Positions 1-5,543 of a stretch of DNA of 5,615 nucleotides are shown here, one piece after another. Where the stretch lies: the IMG/VR virus record IMGVR_UViG_2695420369_000012; one strand, 5' to 3'. A program made the translations under genes and the position numbers. The first letter of the stretch is position 1. Every line of letters starts with the position of its first letter. The stretch comes from a virus. Lineage: Duplodnaviria > Heunggongvirae > Uroviricota > Caudoviricetes. The notes under the pieces were generated by a model, which did no database searches, had not been told where the DNA came from, and was given only the letters and a program-made list of their open reading frames with translations.

Positions 1-55
1 GTTTGATATTGAAGAAGCATGGGCTGAGCGGCAGTTAAAAAAGGTAACTAGGTAA
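1..55 (+). CDS. 3' end of an upstream gene (...FDIEEAWAERQLKKVTR*), probably the late antiterminator Q; partial, 5' end outside window
   Basis: Open frame 2..52 with TAA stop at 53-55, sitting immediately upstream of a lambda pR'-like promoter and tR' terminator. Position-based call; the 17 residues are too few to identify by sequence. Confidence 0.35.
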   Translation, partial: FDIEEAWAERQLKKVTR

Positions 56-60
56 CAAGG

Positions 61-88
61 TTGATTTTTCCGGAATCTGTGGTAAATT
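61..88 (+). promoter_or_regulatory. pR'-like late promoter (-35 TTGATT, 16-bp spacer, -10 TAAATT) with qut-like downstream sequence
   Basis: TTGATT at 61-66 and TAAATT at 83-88, followed by cgtcATAACGATGGG, which resembles the lambda pR'/qut region (TAAATTtgactcAACGATGGG, from memory). Confidence 0.4.
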
Positions 89-136
89 CGTCATAACGAT
101 GGGCGTTTTATGCCTGACGTTAGAAGAGTTTCTACA

Positions 137-159
137 ACCCGCCGCCGAGCGGGTTTTTT
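137..159 (+). terminator. tR'-like intrinsic terminator
   Basis: Stem ACCCGC / GCGGGT with loop CGCCGA, followed by a T6 run. The same stem-loop recurs at 3595-3618. Confidence 0.6.
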
Positions 160-279
160 ATGACTGAAATCGCGTCAGTACAGTAAACGCGCTGGTGGCG
201 GTGAATACCTGTCTTTCAGCTTGCTGGCTTTTTCGACAAGAGTTATTGGTGTGTCACGTTAACCGGAAAAGGAAAAGAC

Positions 280-477
280 ATGCTAAAACAGCAGGATATG
301 ACAGAAACCGCCAGAGTGGTGTTTAATGAATTAAGCGTTACCGAACCGGCGACAGTCGGGGAGATAGCGCAGAATACTTACCTTTCACGCGAACGCTGCC
401 AGTTAATACTGACCCAGCTGGTTATGGCGGGTCTGGCAGACTATCAGTTCGGTTGTTACAGACGCCTTCCGCAGTGA
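280..477 (+). CDS. small (65 aa) protein with HTH-like segment (ATVGEIAQNTYLSRERCQLIL); hypothetical DNA-binding protein
   Basis: ATG at 280 preceded by a good Shine-Dalgarno (AAAGGAAAAGAC-ATG). The ORF ends in the stem of an intrinsic terminator. It lies directly upstream of the methyltransferase. Confidence 0.55.
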   Translation: MLKQQDMTETARVVFNELSVTEPATVGEIAQNTYLSRERCQLILTQLVMAGLADYQFGCYRRLPQ

Positions 478-490
478 AGGCTTTTTTATT
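464..490 (+). terminator. intrinsic terminator overlapping the stop codon of the 65-aa ORF
   Basis: Stem GCCTTC / GAAGGC with loop CGCAGT, followed by TTTTTTATT. Confidence 0.55.
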
Positions 491-504
491 TGTGGTAAAT
501 GGGC

Positions 505-535
505 GGCTGGTGGGTGTTAGGGGCACCCACCAGCC
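505..535 (+). other. perfect 12-bp-stem hairpin (GGCTGGTGGGTG ttagggg CACCCACCAGCC) containing a Chi octamer GCTGGTGG in the 5' arm
   Basis: Exact inverted repeat read from the sequence; no U-tract follows, so it is not a typical terminator. It lies in the 5' leader of the methyltransferase gene. Confidence 0.5.
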
Positions 536-627
536 ATCTGCTCATGCGTTGGGTTCACAAGCAAACCTCAGGCCCACTGCTTTGCGCAAAAGCAGAATGA
601 GCCTATCAGAGACAGGCTTAATGATCC

Positions 628-1686
628 ATGCTTAATACTGTAAAAATATCCAGTTGTGAGTTAATCAACGCCGACTGCCTGGAATTTATCCGGTCGTTAC
701 CCGAAAATTCTGTTGACCTGATAGTCACGGACCCGCCGTACTTTAAAGTGAAGCCTGAGGGCTGGGATAACCAGTGGAAGGGCGACGATGATTACCTGAA
801 GTGGCTGGACCAGTGTCTGGCGCAGTTCTGGCGGGTGCTGAAACCTGCCGGAAGTCTTTACCTGTTCTGTGGTCATCGCCTGGCATCTGATATCGAAATC
901 ATGATGCGTGAACGCTTCAGTGTGCTGAACCATATTATCTGGGCGAAGCCGTCCGGACGCTGGAACGGATGCAACAAGGAAAGCCTGCGGGCGTATTTCC
1001 CCGCCACAGAGCGCATTCTGTTCGCGGAACATTATCAGGGGCCGTATCGTCCGAAAGATGCCGGGTATGCGGCGAAGGGCAGTGCACTGAAACAGCATGT
1101 GATGGCCCCGCTGATTTCTTACTTTCGTGATGCGCGAGCTGCCCTGGGGATAACGGCAAAACAGATTGCAGATGCCACAGGAAAGAAAAACATGGTGTCG
1201 CACTGGTTCAGTGCCGGTCAGTGGCAGTTGCCGAATGAAAGCGATTATCTGAAATTACAGGCGCTGTTTGCCCGGGTGGCAGAAGAGAAGCATCGGCGTG
1301 GTGAACTGGAAAAGCTCCACCACCAGCTGGTGGATACGTATACCTCACTGAACCGGCAGTATGCGGAGCTGCTGAGTGAATATAAACATCTGCGGCGGTA
1401 TTTTGGCGTGACGGTGCAGGTGCCGTATACCGATGTGTGGACGCATAAACCGGTGCAGTTCTATCCCGGGAAACATCCGTGCGAAAAACCGGCAGAAATG
1501 CTGCAGCAGATAATCAGCGCTAGCAGTCGTCCGGGTGACCTGATTGCAGATTTTTTCATGGGGTTGGGTTCGACAGTGAAAGCGGCACTGGCGCTCGGGC
1601 GTCGTGCAATTGGCGTTGAGCTGGAGACTGAACGTTTTGAGCAGACGGTTCGGGAAGTACAGGATTTAGTCAGCCAGAACGGATGA
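628..1686 (+). CDS. DNA methyltransferase, beta-class (motif IV DPPY near N-terminus, motif I FxGxG near C-terminus); most likely N6-adenine, N4-cytosine not excluded
   Basis: 352-aa ORF with DLIVTDPPYF at about residue 30 and HPCEKPAEMLQQIISASSRPGDLIADFFMGLGSTVKAALALGRRAIGVE at the C-terminus, the same order and layout as CcrM/YhdJ-type enzymes. A central insert of roughly 130 aa has an HTH-like stretch (ITAKQIADATGKK). Weak RBS. Confidence 0.9.
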   Translation: MLNTVKISSCELINADCLEFIRSLPENSVDLIVTDPPYFKVKPEGWDNQWKGDDDYLKWLDQCLAQFWRVLKPAGSLYLFCGHRLASDIEIMMRERFSVLNHIIWAKPSGRWNGCNKESLRAYFPATERILFAEHYQGPYRPKDAGYAAKGSALKQHVMAPLISYFRDARAALGITAKQIADATGKKNMVSHWFSAGQWQLPNESDYLKLQALFARVAEEKHRRGELEKLHHQLVDTYTSLNRQYAELLSEYKHLRRYFGVTVQVPYTDVWTHKPVQFYPGKHPCEKPAEMLQQIISASSRPGDLIADFFMGLGSTVKAALALGRRAIGVELETERFEQTVREVQDLVSQNG

Positions 1687-1726
1687 TATTGAAGAATTAA
1701 TTACGCGTCGTTATTATGCGGCTCCC

Positions 1727-1802
1727 GGCCCTTTAGCTCAGTGGTGAGAGCGAGCGACTCATAATCGCCAGGTCGCTGGTTCAAATCCAGCAAGGGCCAC
1801 CA
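1727..1802 (+). tRNA. ileZ: tRNA-Ile2 (anticodon CAU, lysidine type; ileX/ileZ-like). Could be scored as tRNA-Met by anticodon alone
   Basis: Hand-folded cloverleaf: acceptor GGCCCTT/AAGGGCC, D-arm GCTC..GAGC, anticodon loop CTCATAA, T-arm GCTGG-TTCAAAT-CCAGC, encoded CCA. Near-identical to E. coli ileX as I recall it. Confidence 0.85.
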
Positions 1803-1809
1803 TCACATA

Positions 1810-1886
1810 CCGCCATTAGCTCATCAGGAAAGAGCGCCAGCCTTCGAAGCTGGCTGCGCGGGGTTCAAGTCCCCGATGGCGGTCCA
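1810..1886 (+). tRNA. tRNA-Arg (anticodon UCG)
   Basis: Acceptor CCGCCAT/ATGGCGG, anticodon stem CCAGC/GCTGG with loop CTTCGAA, T-arm CGGGG-TTCAAGT-CCCCG, encoded CCA. Confidence 0.8.
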
Positions 1887-1899
1887 TTATCTGCATCAT

Positions 1900-1976
1900 G
1901 CGTTGTTAGCTCAGCCGGACAGAGCAATTGCCTTCTAAGCAATCGGTCACTGGTTCGAATCCAGTACAACGCGCCA
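1900..1976 (+). tRNA. tRNA-Arg (anticodon UCU)
   Basis: Acceptor GCGTTGT/ACAACGC, anticodon stem ATTGC/GCAAT with loop CTTCTAA, T-arm ACTGG-TTCGAAT-CCAGT, encoded CCA. Resembles argU-type tRNA. Confidence 0.85.
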
Positions 1977-1990
1977 CACTTATTTTCCCT

Positions 1991-2016
1991 GGCTCGCTTT
2001 TGCGGGCCTTTTTTTT
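1991..2016 (+). terminator. intrinsic terminator after the tRNA cluster
   Basis: Stem GGCTCGC / GCGGGCC (one G-U pair) with loop TTTT, followed by a T8 run. Confidence 0.6.
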
Positions 2017-2236
2017 AAATGTCTCACAATTCAGACGGTTGACAGTTGTCTGTTTTGCGGGGAGTTTGTTAAAAGAAACTGGCATGGTGAATCCCCCTGT
2101 GCGGAGGGGCAATCAGCGAGTAGGTATATGGGATAATCGCGGATTCAGGTGCTGGTACTGAATTCACCGGGAGGCACCCGGCATCATGCAATGGCACATA
2201 GCGCCACTCTCCAGCCCTCTCCGGAGGGGCTTTTCT
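2013..2236 (+). repeat. conserved ~225-bp structured element, copy A (candidate small RNA with its own terminator)
   Basis: Matches 4566-4790. The 3' ~170 nt are near-identical (1 substitution, 1 indel); the 5' ~50 nt carry about 6 substitutions. Contains TTGACA at 2039-2044, an extended -10-like TGtTAAAAG at 2068-2076, several internal hairpins, and a terminal GC hairpin + U-tract at 2213-2236. Confidence 0.7.
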
Positions 2237-2463
2237 GTGCCGGATACATCACAGTTTCTGGAACCTTAGGTACTACAGTATCAGTCAGGGTGCTATATTT
2301 TCAGATGTGATGAAAGCCTGTCAGCAGGCAGGGCGTATCGGAAATGACCCAGTAGAGAAAACGTTGACTCAGATACCGGTGCTGAGTTACCGGGAAACCG
2401 GCATCACATGACCGCTATCCTGAGGTGTACTGGCAATAGCGGACACTACCATTTGTTCTTTTT

Positions 2464-3282
2464 TTAAGCAGCCATCTGATGATATTTTTCCCTGAAGGCT
2501 GCCGGGGAGATATTCCCCAGACGAGAGTGACGACGCTGACGATTGTAGAAAATCTCAATGTATTCCCGTATTACTGAGATGGCTTCATCCCGGTTATTAA
2601 AACGATAGTGGCTCAGGCTCTCATTTTTCAGCGTTCCCCAGAAGCTTTCCATCGGAGCGTTGTCGTAACAGTTACCTTTACGCGACATTGATGTTTTCAG
2701 ACCAGACTGCTCCTGTATGACCCGGTAATCGTATGCGCAGTACTGTGAACCTCGATCAGAGTGGTGGATTAGCCCGGCAGGTGGGCGCTGGCTCCTGAGC
2801 GCCATAAACAGGGCTTTACCTGTCAGCTCTTTTGTCATGCGCTCTCCCATGGCGTAGCCGACAATTTCGCACGTATAAACATCTTTGATGCCAGCGAGGT
2901 ACAACCATCCCTCCTGTGTGGCAACATACGTCAGGTCCGCCACCCAGACCTGATTTGGTGCTGTAGGAGCGAACGTCTGGTTCAGCAGATTTGGCGCAAC
3001 TGGCAGATTGTGGTTCGAGTTCGTAGTCGCTCTGAACTTGCGTTTCTGCTTACAGCGTAGCCTTAGCTCCTTACGAAGACGTGCCAGTCGGTCACGACCA
3101 ACGATGATGCCATTCTCTGCCAGCTCCGTCTGGAGCCGCCGGGTTCCATATGTTTCGCGAGTGCGGATATGTGCCACCTTAATCTCCAGTTTTAGCCGCT
3201 CATCACTTTGTTTTCTGTCTGAGGGTTCATGCTGTACCCAGTTGTAATAACCGCTCCTGGATACACCAAATACCTGACACAT
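2464..3282 (-). CDS. IS3-family transposase OrfB (DDE integrase core)
   Basis: 272-aa ORF with hallmark IS3 OrfB segments: VWVADLTYV...GWLYLA, HSDRGSQY, SMSRKGNCYDNAPMESFWGTLK, YNRQRRHSRLGNISP. Confidence 0.9.
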   Translation of the reverse strand: MCQVFGVSRSGYYNWVQHEPSDRKQSDERLKLEIKVAHIRTRETYGTRRLQTELAENGIIVGRDRLARLRKELRLRCKQKRKFRATTNSNHNLPVAPNLLNQTFAPTAPNQVWVADLTYVATQEGWLYLAGIKDVYTCEIVGYAMGERMTKELTGKALFMALRSQRPPAGLIHHSDRGSQYCAYDYRVIQEQSGLKTSMSRKGNCYDNAPMESFWGTLKNESLSHYRFNNRDEAISVIREYIEIFYNRQRRHSRLGNISPAAFREKYHQMAA

Positions 3283-3317
3283 CGCTTCAATGGGAAATTG
3301 TTGTCGCCATTGTTCGA

Positions 3318-3589
3318 TTAACGCGTATTTTTCAGCGACTCCTGTGCAAAATACGCTGTTGCTTTTTTTAATATATCTCGCTCAAGGCGAGCTTCATTTA
3401 ACGCCTTACGCAGTTGCAGAATTTCAGATTCCAGTTCAGCCACCGTGCGGGAACCAGGAGTACCGAGCCCTTTTCTGGCGGCGGTAACCCATTGTCCTAA
3501 AGTGCCTTCAGGAAGAGATAATCGGGAAGCGCCTTCACTGATCGAAAGTTGATTTTCAATTTCTTTATTTCGGTTCCATACCCACGCGC
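3318..3589 (-). pseudogene. IS3-family OrfA, 5'-truncated (C-terminal ~90 codons remain)
   Basis: Minus-strand frame reads ...EIENQLSISEGASRLSLPEGTLGQWV...ELESEILQLRKALNEARLERDILKKATAYFAQESLKNTR*, with stop at 3318-3320. The N-terminal start is missing because the IS is cut at 3589. Confidence 0.7.
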
Positions 3590-3594
3590 CTACA

Positions 3595-3618
3595 ACCCGC
3601 CGCCGAGCGGGTTTTTTA
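3595..3618 (+). terminator. second copy of the tR'-like terminator, fused directly to the truncated IS end
   Basis: Same hairpin as 137-159 (ctacaACCCGCcgccgaGCGGGTttttttat), but with no pR' or Q upstream. Confidence 0.5.
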
Positions 3619-3656
3619 TTGCGGAATTAATTACGGACCGTTATTATTCTGCTCCC

Positions 3657-3732
3657 GGCCCTTTAGCTCAGTGGTGAGAGCGAGCGACTCATAATCGCCA
3701 GGTCGCTGGTTCAAATCCAGCAAGGGCCACCA
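3657..3732 (+). tRNA. ileZ: tRNA-Ile2 (CAU), second copy
   Basis: 76/76 identical to 1727-1802. Confidence 0.85.
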
Positions 3733-3739
3733 TCACAAA

Positions 3740-3819
3740 CCGCCATTAGCTTATCAGGAAGAGCAGACGACACGATAACAGGGTTGTTGGTGCGGGGGCG
3801 GGTCCCCGATGGCGGTCCA
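3740..3819 (+). pseudogene. degenerate tRNA-Arg-like gene: acceptor stem and D-arm kept, anticodon arm and T-loop replaced
   Basis: Same acceptor stem (CCGCCAT/ATGGCGG) and D-arm as the tRNA at 1810-1886, but the interior reads AGACGACACGATAACAGGGTTGTTGGTG and the T-loop is GCGGGT rather than TTCAAGT. I could not fold a canonical anticodon stem. Confidence 0.5.
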
Positions 3820-3832
3820 TTATCGGTATTCA

Positions 3833-3909
3833 GCGTTGTTAGCTCAGCCGGACAGAGCAATTGCCTTCTAAGCAATCGGTCACTGGTTCGAATCCAGTAC
3901 AGCGCGCCA
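3833..3909 (+). tRNA. tRNA-Arg (UCU), second copy
   Basis: Identical to 1900-1976 except one acceptor-stem position (A to G), which leaves a G-U pair. Confidence 0.85.
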
Positions 3910-4019
3910 TATTCATTCTTCCAGATTCCTTCCGGCAGAGCCTTATACTGAAATATACCTGGCTCAGGATATTGTTGAAAATATTTTATGTTTGTCAAAA
4001 ATAAAAGTTCTGTTAAGTA

Positions 4020-4373
4020 TTGATTGAGTGTTTGTTATACGGTCTAATGGTTTTTTCAGCATTAAATATTTATCATTCATATGGTGTGGGTAGAGTGAAT
4101 ATTGATGAGGCGTCGGGGTGTTTCATCCTTAGGCAGCGTATTGATATAGTCAATGCAGCACGAGCAAAGGCCTTCAGCCGTTTGACAGTTTTGTTCTGTA
4201 CTCCTGATCGTCTTTCGGGAAGAGACGTTATTATTCTGAATAGTGATGCTATACAGAGGGTTTGCGATGAGTTCATGGTTGCTAATTCAGAATTATTTGC
4301 TCTTGTTCAGGAGTACAACAGAATAGCCAGGACCTGTGGTATGGATGAACTTCGGATTACTCATCTGGGGTAG
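4020..4373 (+). CDS. hypothetical protein (up to 117 aa) in an AT-rich insert; start uncertain (TTG 4020, ATG 4047 or GTG 4095)
   Basis: Open frame in an AT-rich segment that is absent from the first module. No convincing Shine-Dalgarno at any candidate start. No recognisable motif. Confidence 0.4.
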   Translation: MIECLLYGLMVFSALNIYHSYGVGRVNIDEASGCFILRQRIDIVNAARAKAFSRLTVLFCTPDRLSGRDVIILNSDAIQRVCDEFMVANSELFALVQEYNRIARTCGMDELRITHLG

Positions 4374-4565
4374 ATACATATCTGGATTATCACCTGTTAC
4401 GGTAAAAAGTGATTGCTTACTGTTTTTGTGAATGGCATTGCAGCAGCCGGATAATGTCAGTGCTGGCTGACGGTGTGCTGGTGGCGGGTGTGGTGGTTGT
4501 TGCTTTCCCGTTGCTGAAAAAGAAAACGCCAGACTGTTAGCCGGGTATCAGTTAGCGGGAGAAAT

Positions 4566-4790
4566 TTTTAAATACTTCACAATTCAGGCGGTTGACTGTT
4601 GTCTGGTTTGCGGGGAGTTTGTTAAAAGAAACTGGCATGGTGAATCCCCCTGTGCGGAGGGGCAATCAGCGAGTAGGTATATGGGATAATCGCGGATTCA
4701 GGTGCTGGTACTGAATTCACCGGGAGGCACCCGGCACCATGCAATGGCACATAGCGCCACTCTCCAGCCCCTCTCCGGAGGGGCTGTTTA
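4566..4790 (+). repeat. conserved ~225-bp structured element, copy B
   Basis: Matches 2013-2236. Terminal hairpin CCCCTC tccg GAGGGG followed by ctgTTTaTaTT. Confidence 0.7.
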
Positions 4791-4820
4791 TATTGATTTT
4801 GTCAGATGTGAGTAAACTCC

Positions 4821-5156
4821 TTATGGACTTTGTTGTTTTAGTCCATAAGGACATATTTGCAGAGTGCAACGGTTATTAAAGCATTCATTCAATACGTTAT
4901 CTGTATTTGTAGGGCATTCCTGGCTATTTTTGATTGAATTCCAGAATGTTTTATTGAATGGTACTACGTTGTAAATGGTTACAGGTAGCACTTTGTTATT
5001 GAGCATGATGCCTGTGTGAGTCAGTGTAAATATACTTTCAGGAGGTAAGAAAGCATCCGATTGATACCAGATTATTAATTTTATTTTACTCCATATGACT
5101 GAAAAAGATATTCCGCATGATGGCTGGATAACTGTATCAATCACAATCCACTTCAT
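4821..5156 (-). CDS. iraM: IraM-like anti-adaptor protein (YcgW/ElbA family, RssB inhibitor that stabilises RpoS); 111 aa
   Basis: Strong Shine-Dalgarno (AAGGAAactaa-ATG). The N-terminus [19 protein letters not shown] and the C-terminal ICPYGLK with conserved cysteines (SQECP...C...C...ICPYG) match my recollection of E. coli K-12 IraM, at roughly 60% identity overall. AT-rich context. Confidence 0.65.
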   Translation of the reverse strand: MKWIVIDTVIQPSCGISFSVIWSKIKLIIWYQSDAFLPPESIFTLTHTGIMLNNKVLPVTIYNVVPFNKTFWNSIKNSQECPTNTDNVLNECFNNRCTLQICPYGLKQQSP

Positions 5157-5196
5157 TTAGTTTCCTTGTTTATGCCTTGCTGGTGATGTTCTGAAA

Positions 5197-5223
5197 AGTA
5201 TAAATGATATTTTTGAATGTAAA
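5197..5223 (-). promoter_or_regulatory. candidate sigma70 promoter for the IraM-like gene (-35 TTTACA, -10 TATACT, 15-bp spacer)
   Basis: Read on the minus strand: TTTACA is the reverse complement of 5218-5223 and TATACT of 5197-5202, about 40 nt upstream of the ATG. The spacer is short. Confidence 0.25.
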
Positions 5224-5416
5224 CCATAGAGCAGAATTATTTTTCTGATGTTGTTTATTGTTTATTTAAATGCAGGGTGGTTTATATCTCGTCTTGTAGT
5301 TTATCCATGCATATCTGCTTGATAATCAGGTTTTTATTTAAGGTATGGTTTTGTGTTTTTTCTGTATTACATGTCAGGTATTTTAAAGAATTATTTTTCA
5401 GATGGTGGAAAGAACC

Positions 5417-5543
5417 ATGGCATTTAAACACTATGATGTTGTCAGGGCGGCGCCGCCGTCAGATCTTGCGGAAAAGCTGACACATAAACTGAAAGAGGGC
5501 TGGCAGCCGTTTGGTAGTCCGGTGGCCATAACCCCTTATACCC
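5417..5543 (+). pseudogene. DUF1737-like small phage protein, 3'-truncated by IS insertion
   Basis: ATG at 5417 with RBS GGTGGAAAG. MAFKHYDVVRAAPPSDLAEKLTHKLKEGWQPFGSPVAI resembles the small proteins that precede holin genes in lambdoid phages. The frame runs into the IS end at 5544 and picks up IS-derived residues. Confidence 0.4.

Larger units (their letters stand above)
2421..3589 (-). mobile_element. IS3-family insertion sequence, truncated by about 100 bp at its OrfA-proximal end
   Basis: Terminal TG at 2421 and an end sequence TGAGGTGTACTGGCAATAGCGGACAC that is also found at 5544 onwards. Contains a complete OrfB and an N-terminally truncated OrfA. Homology stops abruptly at 3589/3590, where the tR' copy begins. 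Confidence 0.8.

Noticed and set aside
453-635. 60-aa plus-strand ORF across the ORF65 / methyltransferase intergenic region
   Set aside because: It spans the terminator hairpin and the 12-bp hairpin, has no RBS, and overlaps the end of ORF65 and the start of the methyltransferase; more likely non-coding leader.
697-1203. Minus-strand ORFs of 168 aa and 74 aa (935-1159) inside the methyltransferase gene
   Set aside because: They lie entirely antisense within a well-supported methyltransferase CDS, show no motifs, and are Arg/Pro-rich as expected from antisense translation of GC-rich coding DNA.
4-1696. 13-bp direct repeat TGATATTGAAGAA at 4-16 and 1684-1696 (end of the Q-like gene and end of the methyltransferase gene)
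   Set aside because: A repeat this short is expected by chance at an appreciable rate in a window this size (about 0.2 by my estimate). It could mark a recombination joint, but the evidence is insufficient.
1906-2161. ORFs of 68 aa (minus) and 77 aa (plus) over the tRNA-Arg gene and the repeat element
   Set aside because: They overlap a tRNA gene and terminator hairpins. The only conserved part is a 25-codon frame inside the element, which is dealt with under the element finding.
3008-3487. Plus-strand ORFs of 79 aa and 65 aa within the IS
   Set aside because: Antisense to the transposase OrfB/OrfA frames; typical spurious frames.
3711-3998. 95-aa minus-strand ORF over the second tRNA cluster
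   Set aside because: It overlaps three tRNA or tRNA-like genes on the opposite strand.
4073-4276. 67-aa minus-strand ORF inside ORF117
   Set aside because: No RBS, antisense to the longer frame. Kept as an alternative only if ORF117 proves non-coding.
5252-5264. Tandem TGTTTA hexamers upstream of the iraM-like gene, reminiscent of PhoP half-sites
   Set aside because: The hexamers are 1 nt apart, not the 5 nt of a canonical PhoP box, so this is not a convincing PhoP site.
5277-5480. 67-aa plus-strand ORF in the AT-rich region upstream of the iraM-like gene
   Set aside because: Low-complexity Phe/Leu/Arg-rich translation of AT-rich promoter DNA, no RBS, and it overlaps the better-supported DUF1737-like start.
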